Assembly: GCA_046482755.1 (NCBI GenBank)
Contig: JAWOEO010000343.1
Coordinates: 1 to 32,027 of the forward strand
From: Halohasta sp.
GTDB lineage: Archaea > Halobacteriota > Halobacteria > Halobacteriales > Haloferacaceae
DNA: 32,027 bases
Direction: 5' to 3'
The notes beneath the pieces were generated by a model, which had not been told where the DNA came from, made no database searches, and saw only the letters and a list, made by a program, of their open reading frames with translations. Shown here piece by piece: positions 9,380 to 18,774 of this stretch. Position 1 is the first letter of the stretch, and the number at the start of each line of letters is the position of its first letter. Both the position numbers and the translations under genes were made by a program.

Positions 9380-9805
9380 ATGCACGTGCGGGATGCGGTC
9401 GAAGACGACGCCGAGGCGATCGCGGCGCTGGCGGATGCACCGGCGGACGTCGTCCGCAATCTGGTCCACGACCGGAGCGTCCGTGTCGCCGAACGCCAGC
9501 AGGGAAACCGCGATCCGAACGTCGACACCGAGGCCGCCGATGTCGATCTTCTGGGGTTCGTGAGCTTCGACGCCCACGACCGGACGGTCCACGTCACCCA
9601 GTTCGGCGGTACCGAAGCCGCCTGCGAGCGCTTGCTCGCCGAGCCGGTGCGCTTCGCGGCCAGCGAGGAGATGGATGTCGAGGTACTGGTCGAGACCGAG
9701 GCGACCGAAAAGAAGGCAGCCGTCGAGGCTGCGGGGTTCCAGACTGCCGGCACAGGCCCGATGTTCCGTGGCTCGCGGACGATCCGCTACCGGCAGCGGC
9801 CGTAG
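9380..9805 (+). CDS. GNAT-fold-like protein
   Basis: VRDAVEDDAEAI start, LLGFVSFD strand and AVEAAGF end resemble the GNAT layout. The acetyl-CoA motif A looks degenerate. Confidence 0.65.
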   Translation: MHVRDAVEDDAEAIAALADAPADVVRNLVHDRSVRVAERQQGNRDPNVDTEAADVDLLGFVSFDAHDRTVHVTQFGGTEAACERLLAEPVRFAASEEMDVEVLVETEATEKKAAVEAAGFQTAGTGPMFRGSRTIRYRQRP

Positions 9806-9833
9806 CCGTCGCCGGGCTCACCGCCCGATCGAC

Positions 9834-10256
9834 TCACTCGATATCGATCCGTCGACCGTCCGCAACCATCTCCGTCGAATCTTTGGGCACCGTCACAGTG
9901 AGAACGCCGTTGTGGTAGGCCGCCGTTGCGGCCTCGTCGTCGACCGCCTCGGGGAGTCGTACGCGCCGCTGGACCGACGCTGTGCGGCGTTCGCGGTGGA
10001 GGTAGTTCGCGTCCGTTTCGTCGGTTTCGGTGTGACGTTCGGCGCTAATCGTCACCACCGCGTCGTCGATGGTGAGGTCGATCTCCTCGCGGTCGAACCC
10101 CGGGAGGTCGGCCGTGAGGACGAACTCGTCGTCGTTGTTGGCGACGTCGACGGCCATCCCCGCGTTTCCCTCATCGACTACTATCGGCTCGAAGCCGCGG
10201 CCGAACTGGCCGACAAACTGGTCGAATCCATCGAACGGTGTGAGTGTGCGTTTCAT
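9834..10256 (-). CDS. hsp20: Small heat-shock protein Hsp20/alpha-crystallin
   Basis: ADLPGF, RERR, VRLPEAVD, AAYHNGVLTVTVPK and C-terminal IDIE. ATG 10256 lies about 29 nt after TTTAAG. Confidence 0.95.
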   Translation of the reverse strand: MKRTLTPFDGFDQFVGQFGRGFEPIVVDEGNAGMAVDVANNDDEFVLTADLPGFDREEIDLTIDDAVVTISAERHTETDETDANYLHRERRTASVQRRVRLPEAVDDEAATAAYHNGVLTVTVPKDSTEMVADGRRIDIE

Positions 10257-10352
10257 TGTGTGCTTCACCAACCAACATATATGCTCGCTGATGGCTTAAA
10301 GAGCGATGGAGGCGTGTTAGCAGTGGACCGCTCGGCTAACAAACAGGGATCG

Positions 10353-10784
10353 CTATTCGACGTCGATCTGGTAGCCGCTGGAGGTTTCGGGATCGAGTTT
10401 CGGGAGCGTGACCGTCAGCACGCCGTTGTTGTAGCTGGCCGCGGCCGCTTGCGCGTCGACTTCTTCGGGGAGCGGGAGCTGTCGCCGCACCGACTCGCGC
10501 CGCCGCTCTTGGCGGTGGAACTGGGCAGTCTCGTCGGTGTCCTCGGTTTCGTACTCGGCGCTGACGGTGAGGCTCTCCCGGTCGACCCGGAGGTCGATGT
10601 CGTCGGACTCGAAGCCGGGGAGGTCGACCGTGACGACCAACTCGTCACCCCGGTCGGCGACATCGACGCTCACGCTCGAGAGCACGCCTTCGCCCTCGAC
10701 GCTCCGACTCAGTTCGCCGAACTGGCGGTTCATCCGTTCGATCAGTTCGTCGAGTTCTCGGAATGGGTTCGGTCGTCCAGCCAT
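10353..10784 (-). CDS. hsp20: Small heat-shock protein Hsp20/alpha-crystallin
   Basis: NPFRELDELIERM, VDLPGF, ASYNNGVLTVTLPK and C-terminal IDVE. Confidence 0.95.
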   Translation of the reverse strand: MAGRPNPFRELDELIERMNRQFGELSRSVEGEGVLSSVSVDVADRGDELVVTVDLPGFESDDIDLRVDRESLTVSAEYETEDTDETAQFHRQERRRESVRRQLPLPEEVDAQAAAASYNNGVLTVTLPKLDPETSSGYQIDVE

Positions 10785-10868
10785 ATGCGTAAATTGGACG
10801 TTGAGAGACATGAATATTGTCGACGGCAACCCGACAGGAATGGCCGGACAGTCAGCGGCCGCGGAGCG

Positions 10869-11681
10869 TCAGTACAGGACGTGTTTCGTGTCGTAGGAGC
10901 CCAAATTTCGGATCCAGCCGTCGTCGACGATCGTCTCGATCTCGTCGACCGCCGCTTGGACGCGGCTCTCGTAGACGCCAGCCTCGATATCGAAGTGGAA
11001 CAGGTAGTCGCCCAACCGGTTGCCGCTAGGGCGGGATTCGACCCGCGAGAGGTTGATGTTCCGGTCGGCGAAGGCTTCGAGCAGTTCCAACAGCAACCCT
11101 GGGTAGTTGACGTTCGGGTAGACGATTAACGTGGTCTTGCCGCCGGCATCGGATCGTTCGGCGGCGGGCGCAAGAAGGAAGAACCGCGTCGCATTCGAGT
11201 CCTGGTCCTGAATGTCCTCGGCGAGCACTGCCAGTTCGGTGCCGTTGGTCGCGTTCGAGGGGTGGCCGATCGCCGCGATCGACCCGTCTTGACGGGCGCG
11301 TTCGACACCACGGGCGGTGCTAGCGACGGCCTCCTGACTGGCCTCCGGGTAGTTCGTTTCAAGATAACTCCGGCACTGGGCCAACGCCTGGGAGTGACTG
11401 GCGACCGTCTCGAACTCGTCGGACTGGGCGAGTAGGGCGTGCCTAATCGGTGTTATAATCTCGCTAACGACGGCGACGTCCCGATCTGCGAGCGCATCGA
11501 GCGTCTCGGTAACGCTGCCCTCGATGCTGTTTTCGATGGGAACGACTCCCCGTTCGAAGCTCCCGTCGTCGACGGCCTCGATGATGGCGGTCACCGACTC
11601 GCGGAACGAGACGTCGTCGGCGACGGCGCTGGCGGCACGGTGTGAGTAGGTCCCGGCGGGACCGAGCGTAACGGCGTCCAT
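10869..11681 (-). CDS. pheA: Prephenate dehydratase
   Basis: LGPAGTYS, GVVPIENSIEGSV, SHSQALAQC, NATRF, and an ACT domain with NLSRVESRPS. Confidence 0.96.
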   Translation of the reverse strand: MDAVTLGPAGTYSHRAASAVADDVSFRESVTAIIEAVDDGSFERGVVPIENSIEGSVTETLDALADRDVAVVSEIITPIRHALLAQSDEFETVASHSQALAQCRSYLETNYPEASQEAVASTARGVERARQDGSIAAIGHPSNATNGTELAVLAEDIQDQDSNATRFFLLAPAAERSDAGGKTTLIVYPNVNYPGLLLELLEAFADRNINLSRVESRPSGNRLGDYLFHFDIEAGVYESRVQAAVDEIETIVDDGWIRNLGSYDTKHVLY

Positions 11682-11743
11682 TGACCGCGTTTGGTCGACA
11701 GGTTTGAAAAGGGCGTCGGCAGCGACAGCGTGGGGCTGTGGGG

Positions 11744-12055
11744 TTAGAACCGCGATTCGAGTTCGTCGCGTAGGTCGTCGACGTCCAATCCCTTCATTGC
11801 GAACAACACCAAGAGGTGATAAACGAAGTCGGCCGACTCGTACTGCAGGTCCGCTATGTCGTCGTCTTTGGCCGCCAGAATCAGTTCGGTCGACTCCTCG
11901 CCCAGCTTTTCGAGGACCTCGTTTTCACCCTTCTCGTGGGTGAACAGCGAGGCCGTATAGGAGTCCTCCGGTAGGTCGGCCTGCCGCTGTTTGATCGTCG
12001 CGAACAGTTCGTCGAGTACGTCTGGAGTCTCTTCGGCTGCGTTTTCGTCGCTCAT
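11744..12055 (-). CDS. hisE: Phosphoribosyl-ATP pyrophosphatase
   Basis: SYTASLF...KLGEESTE...ESADFVYHLLV. Confidence 0.95.
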   Translation of the reverse strand: MSDENAAEETPDVLDELFATIKQRQADLPEDSYTASLFTHEKGENEVLEKLGEESTELILAAKDDDIADLQYESADFVYHLLVLFAMKGLDVDDLRDELESRF

Positions 12056-12663
12056 TGGTCGACCTCCTGTGGCCCGAGGGCTTCGTTCTCACGGAAGAAG
12101 GCGATCTGATGGAGCCTGGTGTCGGGCGTGAGTTCCGGGTGGAACGAGGAGGCGACGATTGGTCCTTGCCGGACGGCGACGGGGTTGCCTTCCCAGTCGG
12201 CGAGCACCTCCACGTCGTCGCCGACCGCGTCGATCAGCGGCGCGCGGATAAAGACCGCGGGAAAGGGCTCGTCGAGACCGTCGACGTCGAGGGGGGCCTC
12301 GAAGCTGTCCTTCTGTCGACCGAAGGCGTTGCGGTCGACGCTCACATCGAGCAGGTCCAATGTCTTCACGCGGTCGTCCTTTGCGTCCGTCGAGGCGACG
12401 ATCAGCCCTGCACAGGTAGCTAAAACGGGGTTGCCTGCCTCGACGTGGGCCCGGATTTCCGCGTCGATGCCTTCGTCGGCGAGCAGTCGGGAGATCGTGG
12501 TCGACTCCCCACCGGGCATCAGGAGTACGTCACACTCAGGAACGATGCCGCCCGTTCGGATCTCTCTGACCTCGCAGTCGACGTCGTGGGCGGCCGCGGC
12601 CCGTCGGATCGCAGCGGCGTGTTCGCTCACGTCGCCCTGAACGGCGATAACGCCAGCTATCAT
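12052..12663 (-). CDS. pdxT: Pyridoxal 5'-phosphate synthase glutaminase subunit
   Basis: AVQGDVSEH, PGGESTT, ATCAGLI, RNAFGRQKDSF, VFIRAP and SFHPEL. Confidence 0.97.
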   Translation of the reverse strand: MIAGVIAVQGDVSEHAAAIRRAAAAHDVDCEVREIRTGGIVPECDVLLMPGGESTTISRLLADEGIDAEIRAHVEAGNPVLATCAGLIVASTDAKDDRVKTLDLLDVSVDRNAFGRQKDSFEAPLDVDGLDEPFPAVFIRAPLIDAVGDDVEVLADWEGNPVAVRQGPIVASSFHPELTPDTRLHQIAFFRENEALGPQEVDQ

Positions 12664-12709
12664 GACTAGTCGACCGAGGGCAGTGGGGAAAAAGACCGCG
12701 TTCGACCGA

Positions 12710-12874
12710 TCAGGCTACCGAAAAGGTCAGGATCTGGACGAGCAGCCCGAAGAGGAGACAGAACGCGATGACGGTTTTCGGATTGATACGGATCGCATTC
12801 CGGTCCTCGGAGTCGAAGTACCGGACCAGCCCGGCACTGGACATCAGCCCGCCGGAGTTGTCGCCTGAGCTCAT
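12710..12874 (-). CDS. secG: Preprotein translocase subunit Sec61beta (SecG), 54 aa
   Basis: Manual translation: [54 protein letters not shown]. The AGLVRYF motif plus a C-terminal TM is characteristic. Confidence 0.93.
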   Translation of the reverse strand: MSSGDNSGGLMSSAGLVRYFDSEDRNAIRINPKTVIAFCLLFGLLVQILTFSVA

Positions 12875-12976
12875 AGTCGAACTACTGCACGTTGGTCTCC
12901 TAAGGGTTTCGGCTTCGGACTGCGCGCTTGGAAACGCTTATGCGCCACCCTCGGCAAGGCGAGAGCGGGAACACAA

Positions 12977-13243
12977 ATGACGGTTCGACTCACAGATTTT
13001 TACGCAGACTGGTGTGGCCCGTGTAAGACGCAGGATCCGATCCTCGAAGACCTCGAAGCCGACTACGAGGATGTCGAGTTCGCCAAAGTCGACGTCGACG
13101 AAGAGCAGGACGTCGCCAACCAGTATCAGGTCCGCTCGCTGCCGACGCTGGTCGTCGAAAACGACGACGGTATCGTCGACCGCTTCGTCGGCGTCACTCA
13201 GCGCGAAGATCTCGAAGCCGCCCTCGAAGAAGCCAGCGCGTAA
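12977..13243 (+). CDS. trxA: Thioredoxin
   Basis: DFYADWCGPCK and VRSLPT. Confidence 0.95.
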   Translation: MTVRLTDFYADWCGPCKTQDPILEDLEADYEDVEFAKVDVDEEQDVANQYQVRSLPTLVVENDDGIVDRFVGVTQREDLEAALEEASA

Positions 13244-13304
13244 CTCCGTTCTCGTCGCTCGCCGTCTCGGAACGCTTAAACAGCGACGTCGACGATAGAG
13301 CCGT

Positions 13305-13454
13305 ATGCCAAGCAACGAGAACGCCACCGAACGAACCCTCAACAAACAGATCTGCATGCGCTGTAACGCCCGCAACTCCCCGCGGGCCAACCGCTGCCGG
13401 AAGTGTGGCTACGACCGGCTCCGCCCGAAGGCCAAAGAGCGACGCGCGGCCTGA
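13305..13454 (+). CDS. rpl40e: 50S ribosomal protein L40e, 49 aa
   Basis: Manual translation: [59 protein letters not shown] box at 13275-13280. Confidence 0.96.
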   Translation: MPSNENATERTLNKQICMRCNARNSPRANRCRKCGYDRLRPKAKERRAA

Positions 13455-13577
13455 TCACGCGGCGTTTTATTCCCTCCGACAGCTCAACCGTCGACGATCA
13501 GCCACGGCTCACGATATCCGTCTCGAACGCCTCGAATCGCAGTATATAGTTAGTTACCGGCTACAGCCCGTAGATGA

Positions 13578-14198
13578 TCACTCCTCGGGGTATTTGGGCT
13601 CGCGGCGTTCGGCCCGTTCCAGTGCGCGCTCGATGACTGTCCGAACGCTTTCGCCGTCGGCGTGGAACGGATCGCCGTGGCCCGCGTACATCGCGGTCAC
13701 CGAGTCGGGGAGCCGATCCAGCAGGGTTTCGAGGCTCTCGATCAGCCGCTCGCGGGATTGGCCCGGTCGGTCGGTCCGGCCGAAACTGCCGTCGTCGAAT
13801 GCGCCATCGTTGTAGACGACCACGTCGCCGCTGAACAGCATCGATTCGCCGACAAACGAGAGGTGGTCGACGGCGTGGCCCGGCGTGTAGACGGCCTCGA
13901 AGGTCTCGTCGCCCATCGCTAGCTCGTCGCCGTCGTCGACTTCGTGGCTCCGGCGAGGGTGATCGGCGTAGGCATAGAGTTCGGCGTCGAAGCGATCGAG
14001 GACGGCATCGAGTTCGGCGACGTGATCGCCATGCTGGTGGGTGAGGACGACGCGGTCGAGCGCGTCGACGTGGTCGTCGACGACATCTTCGACGCCGGCC
14101 ATTGCGCCGGCGTCGACGAGGGTCGTCACCTCGCCGTCGAGCAGATAGGCGTTGCAGGTGAACACGTCGGCCGCGTCGGTGACGCAGATCGGATCCAT
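13578..14198 (-). CDS. MBL-fold metallo-hydrolase (glyoxalase II-like)
   Basis: THQHGDH, TPGH, FSGD and YAGHG metal-binding motifs. Confidence 0.93.
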   Translation of the reverse strand: MDPICVTDAADVFTCNAYLLDGEVTTLVDAGAMAGVEDVVDDHVDALDRVVLTHQHGDHVAELDAVLDRFDAELYAYADHPRRSHEVDDGDELAMGDETFEAVYTPGHAVDHLSFVGESMLFSGDVVVYNDGAFDDGSFGRTDRPGQSRERLIESLETLLDRLPDSVTAMYAGHGDPFHADGESVRTVIERALERAERREPKYPEE

Positions 14199-14300
14199 AC
14201 CGCCCCAACGGGGTCGACGGCGAAAAATCCCTGCGAACCGAGTCGCCAGCCGAGAAACCGACCACCAACCTATTTGCCACTACCCGGCCACCACCCGGAT

Positions 14301-15347
14301 ATGTCATGGTACGCGATCGAGAGCGTCGACGACGCGATCGATGCCACCCGCTCGTTCCTCTTCCCCTTCGACCTCGGCACGTGGCTCCGGCTCGGCCTGA
14401 TTGCGATCTTCGTCGGTGTCGGCGGCGGCGGAATCTCGTCGGTGTTCAACCTCTTCAACGCCGGGTCGACACCCTCCGGAACCGGCCCCGATAGTGGGCC
14501 TGCGCCGGCACCAGCCGAACCTACACCGGAGATGCTCCCCGTCGAGCCCGTGGTGATCGTCGCACTCGTCGGGGTACTGCTACTGATCGGCCTCGGACTC
14601 TCGCTGCTCTCGGAGACGCTCCGGCTGGTGTTCTACGACGCGCTCCGAACCGACACCGTGCGGATCCGCGGGCCGGCCAAGCAGCGGTTCGGACAGGCAC
14701 TCCGGCTGTTCGGTTTCAAACTCGTGTTGAACGTCGTCTTCGCGCTTCCGATCCTCGCGGTCGGGGCGGCCGTCTTCGTGGGGGCGGCCGGGGAACTCGG
14801 TGAGACCGCGATGCTCGTCGGCGGCCTGCTCGCGGTGGCCGTCGCCGTGGTGACGGGTCTCGTCTACCTGATCGTCGCCCGCGTGACGACCGAGTTCGTC
14901 ACGCCGATCATGGTGCTGACCGACGGCGGGGTCCTCGACGGCTGGCGACGGTTCTGGCCCGTCCTCCGCGGGAACCTCGCCCAGTTCGGCGTCTACGTCG
15001 TCGTTCACTTTCTGGTACTACTGGCGATCTCGATCGGCCAGACGATCCTCGGGTTCATCGTCTTCGGCATCGTCGGCGTCGTCGGTGGAATCGTCGCGCT
15101 CGTGGTCGCCCTCGGCGTCTTCGGTGGCTTCAGCGCGGCCGTCGGGTCGACGGCCGGCCTCGTCGCCCTCGGCGTGATCGCGGCGGTGACGCTGCTGGTC
15201 GTCTTCCTCGTGACGCTGCCGATCAACATCGTCGTGCTCACCTACGTCTTCAGCTACGAGGTGTCGGTGCTCGGGGCCGCCGACGAGGACCTCCGACTCC
15301 TTCCGACCACCGACGGGACCGAACCTCCGTCGACGCCGACGGAGTAG
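14301..15347 (+). CDS. Multi-pass membrane protein of unknown function
   Basis: MSWYAIESVDDAIDATRSFL...WLRLGLIAIFVG start and about 7 hydrophobic segments. ATG at 14301. Confidence 0.8.
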   Translation: MSWYAIESVDDAIDATRSFLFPFDLGTWLRLGLIAIFVGVGGGGISSVFNLFNAGSTPSGTGPDSGPAPAPAEPTPEMLPVEPVVIVALVGVLLLIGLGLSLLSETLRLVFYDALRTDTVRIRGPAKQRFGQALRLFGFKLVLNVVFALPILAVGAAVFVGAAGELGETAMLVGGLLAVAVAVVTGLVYLIVARVTTEFVTPIMVLTDGGVLDGWRRFWPVLRGNLAQFGVYVVVHFLVLLAISIGQTILGFIVFGIVGVVGGIVALVVALGVFGGFSAAVGSTAGLVALGVIAAVTLLVVFLVTLPINIVVLTYVFSYEVSVLGAADEDLRLLPTTDGTEPPSTPTE

Positions 15348-15358
15348 TCGCTGCCTAC
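15344..15358. repeat. GTAG-N7-CTAC palindrome (GTAGtcgctgcCTAC)
   Basis: Read directly. It overlaps the stop at 15347, and its spacer is 6/7 identical to the 8406 copy. Confidence 0.7.
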
Positions 15359-15440
15359 CCCGGCGGTGGGTTCGACAGCCGTCGTACCTGACAGTCGACG
15401 CACACACAGCTTTTTCAGGAGTCCGGCGAACCGCCCATGT

Positions 15441-17690
15441 ATGGGACTCGATGACGACGCACGCGAATATCACCGGCGGGACCCGCCGGGAAAGATCGAG
15501 ATCGCGACCACCAAGCCAACCAACACACAGCGGGATTTAAGCCTCGCCTACTCGCCGGGTGTTGCCGCCCCCTGTCGGGATATCGACGCCGAGCCGGAGA
15601 CAGCCTACAACTACACGGCCAAATCCAACCTCGTCGGTGTCGTCTCCAACGGCTCGGCGGTCCTCGGGCTCGGCGATATCGGCGCTCAAGCCTCCAAACC
15701 CGTCATGGAGGGCAAAGGGGTGCTGTTCAAGCGCTTTGCTGACATCGATGTCTTCGATATCGAACTCGAACTCGACGAAACTGCGGCGCTGGTCGACACC
15801 ATCGCGGCGATGGAGCCGACCTTCGGCGGCATCAATCTGGAGGACATCAAAGCCCCCGAATGCTTCGAGATCGAACGACAGCTCGGCGAGCGGATGGACA
15901 TTCCCGTCTTCCACGACGACCAACACGGGACGGCGATCATCTCGGGGGCCGCCTTACTCAACGCCACCGAGATCACGGGTAAATCCCTCGATGAACTCGA
16001 TATCGTCTTTTCGGGCGCGGGCGCGTCGGCGATCGCCACCGCCCAGTTCTACGTCTCGCTGGGGGCCGACCGATCGAATATCACGATGTGTGACTCCTCG
16101 GGGATCATCACCGAGGATCGGGCCGCTGACCTCAACGAGTACAAACAGCAGTTCGCCCGCGACGTCGACCCCGGTGGGCTCGCCGACGCGATGGACGGCG
16201 CGGACGTCTTCGTCGGGCTGTCGGTCGGCGGAATAGTTTCACAGGAGATGGTGCAGTCGATGGCCGACAACCCGATCATCTTCGCCATGGCCAACCCCGA
16301 CCCCGAGATCGACTACGAGGACGCCAAGGCTGCCCGCGATGACGACGTAATCGTCGCCACGGGGCGGTCGGACTACCCGAACATGGTCAACAACGTCCTC
16401 GGGTTCCCCTTCATCTTCCGCGGCGCACTCGACGTGCGGGCGACCGATATCAACGAGGAGATGAAACGGGCCGCCGCCATGGCGCTGGCAGATCTGGCCA
16501 AACAGGACGTTCCGGACGCGGTCGTCAAAGCTTACGGCGACCAGCCGCTGCAGTTCGGCCCCGACTACGTGATTCCCAAACCCCTGGACCCCCGTGTGCT
16601 GTTCGAGGTCGCCCCAGCGGTCGCCGAGGCCGCCGTCGACAGCGGCGTCGCCCGGACCGAGGTCGACGCCGAGACGTACGCCGAAACACTCGAAGCCAGA
16701 CTCGGCAAATCCCGCGAGATGATGCGTGTGGTCCTCAACAAGGCCAAAAGCGATCCCAAGCGGCTCGCCCTCGCGGAGGGAACGGATGAAAAGATGATCC
16801 GAGCGGCCTACCAACTCGAAGAGGAGGGGATCGCCGAACCGATCCTGCTGGGGGACCGCGAGGAGATCAGCCGGATCGCCGCCGACCTCGGGTTGTCGTT
16901 CGATCCGGAGGTCGTCGACCCCGCCGAGCGGAGCCTCGACGTGTATGCCGACCGACTCTACGAACGCCGCCGCCGGAAGGGAATCACCCGCGGTGAGGCC
17001 GCCGATCTCGTGGCCAAGGACACGAACTATCTCGGCAGCGTGATGGTCGAGATGGGCGATGCCGACGCGATGCTGACCGGCCTCACCCACCACTATCCCT
17101 CGGCGCTCCGGCCGCCGTTGCAGGTGATCGGGACCGCCGAGGACGCCGACTACGCCGCCGGTGTCTACCTGCTGACGTTCAAAAACAAGGTCGTCTTCTG
17201 TGCCGACACGACGGTCAATCAGGATCCCGACGCCGACGTGCTCGCGGAGGTCACCAAACACACCGCCGAGTTGGCCCGGAGTTTCAACGTCGAGCCGCGG
17301 GCGGCAATGCTCTCGTACTCCAACTTCGGGAGCGTCAGAAACGAGTCGACGGCGACCATCCGGCAGGCGGTCGCCGATCTCCACAGCGACCCGACCGTCG
17401 ACTTCCCCGTCGACGGCGAGATGCAGGCCGACACCGCCGTCGTCGAGGAGATCGTCGACGACACCTACGACTTCTCGGCACTCGACGGGCCGGCGAACGT
17501 GTTGATCTTCCCGAACCTCGAATCCGGCAACATCGGCTACAAACTGCTCCAGCGGCTCGGTGGCGCGGAGGCGATCGGCCCGATGCTCGTCGGGATGGAC
17601 AAACCCGTCCACGTCCTCCAGCGCGGCGACGAGGTCAAGGACATCGTCAACCTCGCGGGCGTGGCCGTCGTCGACGCCCAAGAGGAGTAA
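15441..17690 (+). CDS. maeB: NADP-dependent malic enzyme with C-terminal phosphotransacetylase-like domain
   Basis: [53 protein letters not shown]; C-terminal DGEMQAD and [12 protein letters not shown]. Confidence 0.96.
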   Translation: MGLDDDAREYHRRDPPGKIEIATTKPTNTQRDLSLAYSPGVAAPCRDIDAEPETAYNYTAKSNLVGVVSNGSAVLGLGDIGAQASKPVMEGKGVLFKRFADIDVFDIELELDETAALVDTIAAMEPTFGGINLEDIKAPECFEIERQLGERMDIPVFHDDQHGTAIISGAALLNATEITGKSLDELDIVFSGAGASAIATAQFYVSLGADRSNITMCDSSGIITEDRAADLNEYKQQFARDVDPGGLADAMDGADVFVGLSVGGIVSQEMVQSMADNPIIFAMANPDPEIDYEDAKAARDDDVIVATGRSDYPNMVNNVLGFPFIFRGALDVRATDINEEMKRAAAMALADLAKQDVPDAVVKAYGDQPLQFGPDYVIPKPLDPRVLFEVAPAVAEAAVDSGVARTEVDAETYAETLEARLGKSREMMRVVLNKAKSDPKRLALAEGTDEKMIRAAYQLEEEGIAEPILLGDREEISRIAADLGLSFDPEVVDPAERSLDVYADRLYERRRRKGITRGEAADLVAKDTNYLGSVMVEMGDADAMLTGLTHHYPSALRPPLQVIGTAEDADYAAGVYLLTFKNKVVFCADTTVNQDPDADVLAEVTKHTAELARSFNVEPRAAMLSYSNFGSVRNESTATIRQAVADLHSDPTVDFPVDGEMQADTAVVEEIVDDTYDFSALDGPANVLIFPNLESGNIGYKLLQRLGGAEAIGPMLVGMDKPVHVLQRGDEVKDIVNLAGVAVVDAQEE

Positions 17691-17699
17691 GCGGGACTG

Positions 17700-17722
17700 A
17701 AATCCATCAATGGATTTATAAC
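17700..17722 (+). promoter_or_regulatory. Perfect inverted repeat AAATCCAT-CA-ATGGATTT overlapping a TATA box (TTTATAAC)
   Basis: 8-2-8 palindrome at 17700-17717. TATA at 17715-17722, about 25-30 nt before ATG 17745. Confidence 0.65.
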
Positions 17723-17744
17723 AAAATTTGATACTATACCAATC

Positions 17745-18215
17745 ATGGCAGACCACGGGCCGGAGTTGCGGCTGCCCGAGCGGATCGAGACCGGCGAGTT
17801 CGACGGCGCGCTCCGGATCGGCGAGCGAAACGACACCCCTGTCTATTGGCATGTCCCGACCAACCGAATCGCCGAGATCGACGCGCCCACGGTCGACCCC
17901 GAAGCGGCAACGATAGTCCAGCTGTCGGCGGAGACGGTCGGCGAATACATCCACCGAACCGAACGCGAGGGAAGCCGCTGGTCGCTGAACCGGCTGGGGG
18001 AGTTCCTCCGAAACGTCGCCTCCTTCGAGGACGTCCGCATCCTCACCGTCCGGCAGGAGGAGGCCTACGCCCTCTGTCGGATCGCCAACGTCGAGGCGGC
18101 GAGAGCCGCCGAACTGCTGGGGGTCTCCGAGGGGTTGCTCGAAGACCACCTCTCGACGGCCCACAAGAAGATCACCTGTGCGTTCAATCTGGTCGAGGCC
18201 GTCAACGGCCACTGA
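17745..18215 (+). CDS. Hypothetical protein with C-terminal HTH (sigma-70 region 4 / HTH_10-like)
   Basis: LTVRQEEAYAL...AAELLGVSEGLLEDHLSTAHKKI. Confidence 0.72.
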   Translation: MADHGPELRLPERIETGEFDGALRIGERNDTPVYWHVPTNRIAEIDAPTVDPEAATIVQLSAETVGEYIHRTEREGSRWSLNRLGEFLRNVASFEDVRILTVRQEEAYALCRIANVEAARAAELLGVSEGLLEDHLSTAHKKITCAFNLVEAVNGH

Positions 18216-18285
18216 CCGGTCTGCTGGTGGGCACCAAGGCGGCCCATAGCGCACCTGTCGGCAGCACACCGTCGGTGCTCGCGGC

Positions 18286-18564
18286 CTACTCGATGGTGTC
18301 GACTGCCTCGACCGCGCCGATCATCGACCACTCGTCTTCGTCGGCGGCCTGTCGGCCGACAAGCACCGCGTCGTTGTCCTCGCTGGAGACGAGCCGGTAC
18401 GCTGCGTCGTCGTCCTGACGAGTGGCCTCGGCTTGGAACTCCTGTTGGAAGAACTCGGTCCAGGCCATCTCGAAGACCGCTTCGGTGCCGTCGTCGAGCG
18501 TGAGTCGAACCGGCTTCGGCGTCAGGTTGTGAATCCGTTTTGCGATCGGGTTGAGATCCGCCAT
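18286..18564 (-). CDS. Small acidic hypothetical protein
   Basis: 92 aa from ATG 18564 with haloarchaeal composition. TTTATT lies about 25-28 nt upstream. Confidence 0.75.
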   Translation of the reverse strand: MADLNPIAKRIHNLTPKPVRLTLDDGTEAVFEMAWTEFFQQEFQAEATRQDDDAAYRLVSSEDNDAVLVGRQAADEDEWSMIGAVEAVDTIE

Positions 18565-18774
18565 ACCCACTGTTGGCGACCGATCGAATAAATCGCGGCG
18601 GTTTCGCTCGACTGTCGTGTCGACCGCCGGCTGGTAACACGTGATTACTATCCGAATGAGCCTATTAACTACGAGTAGGCTGTTCTTACTCCCGGCACAA
18701 CAGTCACAAGTACGGTAAACACTGTATGGGGTATTTTACTTCGGCCGATCGTTTGCAAGTTGGTGGTCCCACAT

